Shown: positions 19,122 through 25,959 of the stretch, piece by piece | Layout of the letters: each line of letters starts with the position of its first letter | Numbering within the stretch: position 1 is the stretch's first letter | DNA from: a virus | Taxonomy: Duplodnaviria > Caudoviricetes | Virus record (IMG/VR): IMGVR_UViG_3300032318_002287 | Coordinates: 1-27,630 of that record | Direction: 5' to 3' (one strand) | Length of the DNA stretch: 27,630 nt | Notes under the pieces: generated by a model | What the model was told of the DNA's origin: nothing | The model's input: only the letters and a program-made list of their open reading frames with translations | The model's database searches: none | Made by a program: the position numbers and the translations under genes

Positions 19122-19499
19122 TTATCCACAATAATTACGATAAACACTTTTAATTAAACTTTCCAACATAGTATTATCACCTGCAGATAATTCTGCCTTG
19201 ATTGTATTTTGTGCTAATTCTTTTAATATACTATATATTATCATCTTTTGTCTTTGAGTGAGATATGTAACATAAGGTCTATATTGTTTTTCATTAACAA
19301 ACGTATCTATTCCACCAACTACAGTAATCGCAGCAGATTCACCGCCTGCCTCAGATATCTCATATACAGTCCCATCAACATCTATTACATAGTTTCCTCC
19401 TAGAGAACTCAAATTTAATTTTGTTCCTCTTGGAGTATTAGTAGTTTTAAAATATAAATTTTTTGCTTTTGCTATTTTTGATGCACTAGCTTGATTCAT
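19122..19499 (-). CDS. Degenerate T7-lysozyme/PGRP-like (Amidase_2 fold) protein, likely non-catalytic
   Basis: NYVIDVDGTVYE...SAAITVVGGID...LTQRQKMIIYSIL resembles T7 gp3.5 YHFIIKRDGTVE...SIGVCLVGGID...FTPAQMQSLRSL (recalled from memory). Start placed at ATG 19499 (TAAtATG coupling); the ORF track starts at 19514. Confidence 0.6.
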   Translation of the reverse strand: MNQASASKIAKAKNLYFKTTNTPRGTKLNLSSLGGNYVIDVDGTVYEISEAGGESAAITVVGGIDTFVNEKQYRPYVTYLTQRQKMIIYSILKELAQNTIKAELSAGDNTMLESLIKSVYRNYCG

Positions 19500-19500
19500 A

Positions 19501-20427
19501 TTATCTACCCTCATATTTAAATGAAGACATCGCTGCCATAGTTTTTCTTAAACGATTGCTATATTCTGGGTGTCCTCTATCGACTCCTCCGCCTCTTTTC
19601 CATACCCCGCCAGGTCTTTCAAAAGCAATCATTGCATCTGTTGCATCTGATGGATTTGTAGCTGCAAGTAATTTATTATATGCAGATTTTTCATTACTAT
19701 TCAATTCATCCCACAGGTATGCTAGTTGTTGTTCTAAAGTACAATTGAGAGGTCTTGTATTTTTATCTTGCTGTGAACTTGCTTCACCATATCTACGTTC
19801 TAGTTTCCATAAACGTTCTTTGTTCCATTGACAAATACCTTTTGAAGGCCAATTATTAGAATCCATAACTGCTGCTCTAGGATTGCCACTAGACTCTGCT
19901 TGAATTGCTGCAATTATAGCGCTCGTTTGAACATGAATACTTCCGCCCGATTTTCCTGATGTTTGAATTTTCTCATATAGGAAGTTATATGCTTTCTGTA
20001 GATTGCTATTTCCTTTAAGGTCAGACGGTGCTGCTGTAGGTTGTCCATTATTTTCTGTATTTGTTCCTGTATCACTAGCAGAACCTGGCGCACCTGGAGT
20101 AGTTGCTCCATTACTATTTAATGAGTTTTCACTTGCACCAACACCGCCTTTAATGACACCTGTAACTATAGGTTGTTGACAATCATCTCCATCCGCAAAG
20201 AAACCAACAACCCATTTGCCAGGAGTAAGCGCATGATTGCCGCCTGAACTATTTGTAGGATAAACAACCATTGCTATAGGCAAATCGCCATCAGAAACGT
20301 TTGTGGTGTCATCTATTCTATGGATGCCAAAGATACGAACTTTTACTCTATCGTTATCGACTATTTCTTTTACGATACCGACGAACCATCTGTATTGTTG
20401 TGATCCATATAAATCATCTAAAAGCAT
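19501..20427 (-). CDS. gp5 N-terminal part: OB-fold domain plus phage tail lysozyme (Phage_lysozyme2-like)
   Basis: WFVGIV....DRVKVRIFGIH...DLP.A....GKWVVGFFADGDDCQQPIV.G is the gp5 OB fold; AIIAAIQAESSGNP..GICQW..ER...LEQQLAYLWDEL...FERP is a tail lysozyme with its putative catalytic Glu. Confidence 0.85.
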   Translation of the reverse strand: MLLDDLYGSQQYRWFVGIVKEIVDNDRVKVRIFGIHRIDDTTNVSDGDLPIAMVVYPTNSSGGNHALTPGKWVVGFFADGDDCQQPIVTGVIKGGVGASENSLNSNGATTPGAPGSASDTGTNTENNGQPTAAPSDLKGNSNLQKAYNFLYEKIQTSGKSGGSIHVQTSAIIAAIQAESSGNPRAAVMDSNNWPSKGICQWNKERLWKLERRYGEASSQQDKNTRPLNCTLEQQLAYLWDELNSNEKSAYNKLLAATNPSDATDAMIAFERPGGVWKRGGGVDRGHPEYSNRLRKTMAAMSSFKYEGR

Positions 20428-21851
20428 TAATTTTGTCCAGGAGTAGGTTCTCTATTAGGTTCGGGTTGAGCAAATTCAAAACTATGTTTTTTCTCTAAAT
20501 TATTAGTAAATGAATCTCGATTGATTCTTACGTAACTTGCGCTGAATCCGCCCTGTCTCATTACAGTTTTAATTTCTGAAATTACATAGTAACCCGAAAG
20601 GTATTTGTCTGCATCATTCAAATTGAATCCATGAAATTCAGGCAACTCAATAAACAATAAATCACCTACACGCATTAGTAGATTAGTATTAACTGCTATA
20701 GAAATATCTACTTGTTGATATGCTAGAAAAGACATAGCAGAACGACCAAACTTATCTCTAAATGATGGTTGATTCTCGTCATCATAGTTATTGATTAAAT
20801 AACGTATTCTTGCAGATGTTTCAGGTTCAGTAAATTCATCTTTAATATCTTCAATATATTTAGAAGTATTATATCCCTTCATTGGATTAATAGTATTAAA
20901 AGTTTGATCTGCGTATTGCAATTCTTTGCGAGTGATCTTATAATCATTCTTAAGCATATTAATTTCTACTAATTCATTTTCAAAATATCCACCTAATATT
21001 TTTTCAAATGAAGAATATCTTTTATTGATCTTTAGATCATTAATGATACGAGAATCTGAATATCCTCTTTCTTCTAAAGATTTTAATGCAGCAGGATTAT
21101 TTCTAACCAAAGAAATATCACCTACATAGATATATTTTTCTTTAGAAGCAGCATCAATAGCATCTCTATCTTCTTTATCTCTAAAAGTTAATTTCTGTAA
21201 TGCTTTGAAAGTATAATTTTCTATTGTCTCATAGAACATATGAGTATAATACTTTTCAGGTTCCTTTGAAATAGCATACTTGCATAGCCATGAGATAGCA
21301 TCGAAAGGTTTGATATTAGGTATTACTAACTTACGAACCTTTTGTGTATCTTCAAATATTTTTAATACTTTTGGTTTAGGATCATTTCTATTTTTAATGA
21401 TATAGTCATCATATACTTTCTTTATCATTGTTTCTATGTTCTCATTATATGCATGAGACACACGAGTTTTAGCATTGATGAAAGCATCATAGGAAATAAG
21501 TTGCATGATAAAAGTCATATTTCTTCCATCATCATCAACAGATATTTCTTTGATTGCTGAGATAACAAAAGTCAATAATCTAGTAAAATTTGTTTGCCCT
21601 GTTCCTGCAACTTCTTCACCTAACTGAATAATTTCTACTTCAATTTTTTCTTCACCTGATAATGGATAGTTATTCATCAAACCAATTCCATCAACAAATA
21701 CAATGTCTGCTGTAAGCAATGGAGAAAATATAGATTGATATAAAGTAAATTCTGCAACCTGAGGCATCAATGACATTTTGTCAGAACCATCAAATTTAGT
21801 AATTACTACATTTTCTAATTTTGCATTAAACGGATTACTAGAGCTGTTCAT
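20427..21851 (-). CDS. Putative baseplate hub protein (gp27/VgrG-N-like by position and motifs)
   Basis: 474 aa between gp53 and gp5; LYQSIFSP.L......DG.GL....PLSGEE, IPN.KPFDAI.WL, FYET...Y.F, C-terminal VGD.....P....D.YLSGYYVISEI. Confidence 0.55.
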   Translation of the reverse strand: MNSSSNPFNAKLENVVITKFDGSDKMSLMPQVAEFTLYQSIFSPLLTADIVFVDGIGLMNNYPLSGEEKIEVEIIQLGEEVAGTGQTNFTRLLTFVISAIKEISVDDDGRNMTFIMQLISYDAFINAKTRVSHAYNENIETMIKKVYDDYIIKNRNDPKPKVLKIFEDTQKVRKLVIPNIKPFDAISWLCKYAISKEPEKYYTHMFYETIENYTFKALQKLTFRDKEDRDAIDAASKEKYIYVGDISLVRNNPAALKSLEERGYSDSRIINDLKINKRYSSFEKILGGYFENELVEINMLKNDYKITRKELQYADQTFNTINPMKGYNTSKYIEDIKDEFTEPETSARIRYLINNYDDENQPSFRDKFGRSAMSFLAYQQVDISIAVNTNLLMRVGDLLFIELPEFHGFNLNDADKYLSGYYVISEIKTVMRQGGFSASYVRINRDSFTNNLEKKHSFEFAQPEPNREPTPGQN

Positions 21852-22392
21852 TATTAAATATTTTCTTTATTTCTTTTTTCAATTGCGGAATATAAATTTT
21901 ATTTAATAGTTTGATAGAACGTTTAGCATCATTCAATTCTTCTTCATATGCATAAAGATATACTGGTGACCATCCTGAAGTATCATCAATAAGTTCATGG
22001 GTTGATGTAGACATCAACCATGATTTTCTGTCAATATCTTCTTGAGTTTCATCTGTTATTCCAGTATACTTATAATGGCTTATTTGACTCTGTAACTCAT
22101 AGATAGATTTATTATATTTTTTTTCTAAATGACGTTTAAGATCTTCAGGATTCAAAGGCCAATCAAAGTAAGGATCTGTTATATTATTAGAAAAATACAC
22201 AACCCAATCTAATGTTTCATCGCCATATTCTTTGAAAGCAATAATATCAGGTCTTTCATATTCTGTAATTACGTAAGGATAAAATGCTTCCATACGCTTA
22301 AAGACTTCAGGTATAAGAGCCGCCTTTGCAATTATGTTTCTTGCATCTTTATTGAAATAGCTTATAGTTTGAAAATTATAAAAAAACGCCAT
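21838..22392 (-). CDS. gp53: Baseplate wedge protein gp53 (LysM-like)
   Basis: ERPDIIA.K.YGD..LDWVV.F.NNITDP.FDWPL...L...KKY and YEEELND.KR.IKLL. Confidence 0.9.
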   Translation of the reverse strand: MAFFYNFQTISYFNKDARNIIAKAALIPEVFKRMEAFYPYVITEYERPDIIAFKEYGDETLDWVVYFSNNITDPYFDWPLNPEDLKRHLEKKYNKSIYELQSQISHYKYTGITDETQEDIDRKSWLMSTSTHELIDDTSGWSPVYLYAYEEELNDAKRSIKLLNKIYIPQLKKEIKKIFNNEQL

Positions 22393-22403
22393 TATTGCTT
22401 CCT

Positions 22404-23306
22404 TTATTCACTAGCATAATTTGCATTTTGTCTACCTGCACCAGCAGCATCCGTATTTTTATAATCAAAATCTTCTGTTGTTTTGATTTGAAATTCTTTA
22501 AGAGTCATTGACATTTCAACAATAGACGGATATCCATTCTTATAGTAAACTTGCCCCGAAGGTGTAGGATTTATTCTAAAATCAGAACAAAAACTAAATC
22601 CTAATTCTACTATACCTTGTTTATCATTTTCAAATTCAACAGTAAAAAGATTAGGATAATCAAGAGCAAAACCACCCAATGTAAGATTAGGATGCATTGC
22701 ACGCTTTATTATATTGATTATTCTATCTAAATTTAATGATTGTTTTTGACTACGAGGTGAAAGCCTCCAACTAAAAGTAAATGTTCTAAGATCAACGCCA
22801 TTGAATAGAAGTGCAGTATGAGGATTTCTAACTACACCTAAAGTTGCTAAAGCATTTTTTCCTGCTTGAGTAAGGGCAGATTGTCCAAGTTGACTTGCAA
22901 TTGCAGCACCCGTGTTACCTTTTAATGCTCCTACTAACCCAGCTAAATCTGCAATTGCTGGACCTGCTGCAACAGCTGCCAAACCTAATGCTGCTGCTAC
23001 AGTTCCTGCGGTACTACCTGTTCCTAATCTTTCTTTTAATGTTTCTTCTAATTGACCCATAGATTCGCCTGATTTTCCGCCAGTCAAATTTCCAATTTCA
23101 CCTAAATCTGCTGAACCAATCTGCATACTATAATGATCCTCAGGCATTTGCATAGGAAGAGGCAATGTCAAATATGCTTGTGGCGTTACTAATAACTTTG
23201 CGCCAGGTCTAGGACGTTGATACTTATAGATGTTTATTCTAGTTTTAAACCCAGCATCATCTTCTAGATAATTTATATTTGCTGATCCTAAAGCGCCGAG
23301 AGCCAT
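22404..23306 (-). CDS. gp48: Baseplate tail-tube cap gp48
   Basis: LPLP....., NPH.ALLF.GVDLRTFTFSW.LSPRS..., YP..F, GYP....M.MT.KE; first gene of the leftward operon, SD AGGA. Confidence 0.82.
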   Translation of the reverse strand: MALGALGSANINYLEDDAGFKTRINIYKYQRPRPGAKLLVTPQAYLTLPLPMQMPEDHYSMQIGSADLGEIGNLTGGKSGESMGQLEETLKERLGTGSTAGTVAAALGLAAVAAGPAIADLAGLVGALKGNTGAAIASQLGQSALTQAGKNALATLGVVRNPHTALLFNGVDLRTFTFSWRLSPRSQKQSLNLDRIINIIKRAMHPNLTLGGFALDYPNLFTVEFENDKQGIVELGFSFCSDFRINPTPSGQVYYKNGYPSIVEMSMTLKEFQIKTTEDFDYKNTDAAGAGRQNANYASE

Positions 23307-23318
23307 ATTTTTTTCCTA

Positions 23319-23325
23319 ATAAATA
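23319..23325 (+). promoter_or_regulatory. Late-promoter-like element (aATAAATA) driving the gp4 operon
   Basis: 7/8 match to TATAAATA in the only divergent intergenic gap of the window. Confidence 0.6.
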
Positions 23326-23335
23326 TCTTGTAATC

Positions 23336-23342
23336 TATTTAT
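23336..23342 (-). promoter_or_regulatory. Late-promoter-like element (cATAAATA) driving the gp48 operon
   Basis: 7/8 match to TATAAATA on the minus strand, about 30 nt upstream of the gp48 ATG. Confidence 0.6.
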
Positions 23343-23355
23343 GGTGAAATCAAAC

Positions 23356-23790
23356 ATGGCATACAAAGGTCCTTTTAGACCAAAAAATCCACAGAAATAT
23401 AAAGGTGATCCCACAAAGATTATTTATAGAAGTTTATGGGAACTTCGAATGATGAGATATTTTGATTCTACAGATGCCGTTCTTGAGTGGTCATCTGAAG
23501 AAGTAATCATACCATATCGTTCACCTAAGGATAGAAAACTTCATCGTTACTTCCCAGATTTTGTTGTTAAATTAAAAGAAGCAAATGGCAACATAAATAT
23601 AGTTATGATAGAAGTAAAACCGATGGTACAAACAAAAGAACCTATCAATAATCCAAAGCATCCTCGTCGCTATCTTAAGGAAGTCATGACTTACGGAATA
23701 AACCTTGCGAAGTGGAAAGCAGCACAAGAGTTTTGTGCGGATCGTGGATGGCAGTTCAAAATCTTCACCGAAAAAGAAATAGGCGTCTAA
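23356..23790 (+). CDS. gp4: Head completion nuclease gp4 (PD-(D/E)xK, TnsA-N-like)
   Basis: MAYKG.F.PKNP.KYKGDP..IIYRS.WE...W.SEE..IPY.SP.D...HRYFPDF...IEVKP..QT...N.AKW.AA...C...GW.F...TE. Start moved to ATG 23356 (family N-terminus MAY.G, GGTG upstream); the track starts at 23341. Confidence 0.92.
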   Translation: MAYKGPFRPKNPQKYKGDPTKIIYRSLWELRMMRYFDSTDAVLEWSSEEVIIPYRSPKDRKLHRYFPDFVVKLKEANGNINIVMIEVKPMVQTKEPINNPKHPRRYLKEVMTYGINLAKWKAAQEFCADRGWQFKIFTEKEIGV

Positions 23791-23791
23791 T

Positions 23792-24382
23792 ATGCCAATA
23801 TTTACAGATTTAGTTAATCAAGGTCGTTCTGGAATGATGAGACCCGGGTTTGTTGATTCTAGAGATTGGTATAGAGAAAAAGCATCTGCTGTAAGAAACA
23901 TTAATACAGTAAGTTTAATAAACAAACATCCTGAACAGCAAAGAGCAGCAATATTGCCTGGGTTCATGTATATGTTTGCTTATGATGCAAAACATAAAGA
24001 CACGCTACCATACTATGACCGTTTCCCATTGATCTTTCCTTTTCATGTTTCATCAGATCATTTCATGGGAATCAATCTTCATTATTTGCCTCTTCAATAT
24101 AGAGCACGTCTAATGGATGCTTTATATTCTATTACAACAAACAAAAATTTTGATGAGAAAACACGCTTAAGAATTTCATATGATCTTTTAAATTCTTCTG
24201 CTAAGTATAAATATTTTGAACCTTGTGTTAAGAAATATTTGAAGTCACAAATGAAAACTCGTTTTCTTCTTGTACCTTCTGCAGAATGGGATATCGCTTT
24301 ATTCTTACCACTAGAAAGATTTACTGTCAATAAGAATAAAGTATTTAAAGATAGCATGGATATCATAGCAGGAAGAAGATAA
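23792..24382 (+). CDS. gp2: DNA end protector protein gp2
   Basis: PG.MYMF.YDAKHKDTLPYYDRFPLIF...F.GINLHYLP...RA.L..., PC.K.YL, EW.IA.FLP.E.F. Confidence 0.92.
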   Translation: MPIFTDLVNQGRSGMMRPGFVDSRDWYREKASAVRNINTVSLINKHPEQQRAAILPGFMYMFAYDAKHKDTLPYYDRFPLIFPFHVSSDHFMGINLHYLPLQYRARLMDALYSITTNKNFDEKTRLRISYDLLNSSAKYKYFEPCVKKYLKSQMKTRFLLVPSAEWDIALFLPLERFTVNKNKVFKDSMDIIAGRR

Positions 24383-25060
24383 ATGTCATTTAATGTAACT
24401 GAAATTTTAGGAGCTATTAACAAATATAATGGACTCCATAAACCATCTCATTTTTTTGTACGTATAACACCTCCTAATTTCATGGGAGCAGCTTCTGCTG
24501 AATATAATAAAGACATTGAGTTGCTTTGTGATGCAACTACACTTCCCGGAATGCATTTAGATTCTGTTGCAGTAAGACCATTAGGTTATGGCAATCCTGA
24601 AAATAGACCAACTGATTATGTTCCTGGCGCTATTCGTTTAGATTTCTTTGTTGATAATCAAGGTAAAGTATTAGAGTATTTTCAAAAGTGGATGGGAAAT
24701 ATTCTTAACTTTTCAAGAGATATTCGAAAATCATCTGATGGTACTAAATTAAATTATTATGAATTTGCATGGCCTAAAGAATACGAAGGTCAAATTCAAA
24801 TTTATATTGTTAAACCTACTGCAGAAAATAGAAACATTGTTGTTTATACTTTAGATCATGCATGGCCATCTAATCTAGGTGACCTTTCTTTAGCATGGGA
24901 AATGAATGATCAAGTAAGTAAACTATCAGTGACTTTTGCTTACAACTTATGGCATTCTAATTTCTTACCTTATAATTCACCTGAAGTTCCTAAAGGAATG
25001 ATTTTCCCATCACTTAGAAACAATCTTCCTGCTTCTGCACCACAAGTACCAACACCTTAA
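24383..25060 (+). CDS. Tail tube-fold protein, gp54/gp19-like (baseplate-tube initiator)
   Basis: F.V.I..P, LLC.A..LPG, ..F..D.....EYF.KW, Y.L..AWP..LG.L.L.W...DQV..L.VTFAY..W is the tube-protein pattern; lies between gp2 and gp26. Confidence 0.75.
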   Translation: MSFNVTEILGAINKYNGLHKPSHFFVRITPPNFMGAASAEYNKDIELLCDATTLPGMHLDSVAVRPLGYGNPENRPTDYVPGAIRLDFFVDNQGKVLEYFQKWMGNILNFSRDIRKSSDGTKLNYYEFAWPKEYEGQIQIYIVKPTAENRNIVVYTLDHAWPSNLGDLSLAWEMNDQVSKLSVTFAYNLWHSNFLPYNSPEVPKGMIFPSLRNNLPASAPQVPTP

Positions 25061-25087
25061 TCAATTATATAATATGGAGTCAATGAA

Positions 25088-25792
25088 ATGGCATTACCTA
25101 AGATAACACATCCAGTATTCAAGATCACAATACCTTCTACTAAAAAAACATTAAACTTTAGACCCTATACAGTTAAAGAAGAAAAACTTCTTTTGTTTAT
25201 AAAAGACAATGATAACCTTTCAGAATCAGTTGATGTATTAAAACAAATCATTAATAATTGCTGTGTTGATGGTATTGATGCAAACAAATTAGCTTTGTTT
25301 GATATTGAATATATTTTTATTAAATTAAGAGCAAGATCAGTTGATTCTACTATTGAATTGAATTATAGAAAAGGAACAGAAGTAACTCCTTTTGTTATTG
25401 ATTTGAATTCTGTAGAAATTAAATTTGATCCTAAGCATGAAAGAAAATTCATTATATATGATAGCATTGGCGTATCAATGAACTATCCTACTTTTGAAGA
25501 CATGACAAATTTAGAAACCGTTCTTAAAGAAAAAACAAATGCAGATGATTATGTTTTTGATCTTTTCATCAACTGTATTGATGCCGTATTTGATGATAAT
25601 AAAGTATATGATGAATTTACCAAAGAAGAAATTGAAGAATTTATCTTTTCATTGCCAAGAGAATGTATTGAAAAAATTAAAACATTCTTTGACACAATGC
25701 CAGTTCTAGAACATAAACAAAAAGTAAAATATAAGGACGGATCAACTGAAGAAGTTGTGCTGCGTGGGTTAAAGGATTTTTTTATCTTCTGA
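25088..25792 (+). CDS. gp26: Baseplate hub assembly protein gp26-like
   Basis: MALPKI..P......PST.K...FRP.TVKEEKLLL, L..FDIEYIF.KLRARSV, YP, FFDTMP.L, L.GL.DFF C-terminus; SD GGAG. Confidence 0.88.
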   Translation: MALPKITHPVFKITIPSTKKTLNFRPYTVKEEKLLLFIKDNDNLSESVDVLKQIINNCCVDGIDANKLALFDIEYIFIKLRARSVDSTIELNYRKGTEVTPFVIDLNSVEIKFDPKHERKFIIYDSIGVSMNYPTFEDMTNLETVLKEKTNADDYVFDLFINCIDAVFDDNKVYDEFTKEEIEEFIFSLPRECIEKIKTFFDTMPVLEHKQKVKYKDGSTEEVVLRGLKDFFIF

Positions 25793-25815
25793 TCGGATAT
25801 TCTAGTATACCGGTC
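25777..25815 (+). promoter_or_regulatory. Candidate -1 ribosomal frameshift signal (slippery T7 plus 3' hairpin)
   Basis: gp26 frame GAT TTT TTT gives T TTT TTT at 25777-25783; 7-nt spacer; stem GAUCGG (25791-96) pairing with CCGGUC (25810-15). Confidence 0.6.
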
Positions 25816-25959
25816 TACTATAAAACTAATTTTTCTTTGATGCATCATCATAAATATTCATTGACTGAGATAGAAAATATGTATCCTTTTGAGCGAGATA
25901 TCTATGTTGATATGATCATCCAATATATAGAAGAATTAAAGGCAAAGCATAATGGCTAA
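25783..25959 (+). CDS. gp51: gp51-like baseplate hub assembly ORF (in the -1 frame of gp26; start uncertain)
   Basis: Not in the ORF track. YLLIGYSSIPVYYKTNFSLMHHHKYSLTEIENMYPFERDIYVDMIIQYIEELKAKHNG*; YYKTNF.LM.HHKYSL.E.ENM.P.ER.IY is the gp51-like signature. First ATG is only at 25840. Confidence 0.8.
   Translation, partial: YLLIGYSSIPVYYKTNFSLMHHHKYSLTEIENMYPFERDIYVDMIIQYIEELKAKHNG

Noticed and set aside
19495-19530. Possible frameshift or readthrough re-joining the split gp5 genes
   Set aside because: The downstream ORF is in the +1 frame, there is no in-phase slippery heptamer, and a clean TAAtATG reinitiation arrangement explains the junction.
23356-23790. gp4 as a TnsA-like transposase or homing endonuclease
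   Set aside because: Motifs and position next to gp2 match the core head-completion nuclease; no element ends or insertion signature.
25803-25820. Pseudoknot at the frameshift site via UAGUA/UACUA pairing
   Set aside because: The second stem would directly abut stem 1 with no connecting loop, which is sterically implausible; only the simple hairpin is claimed.
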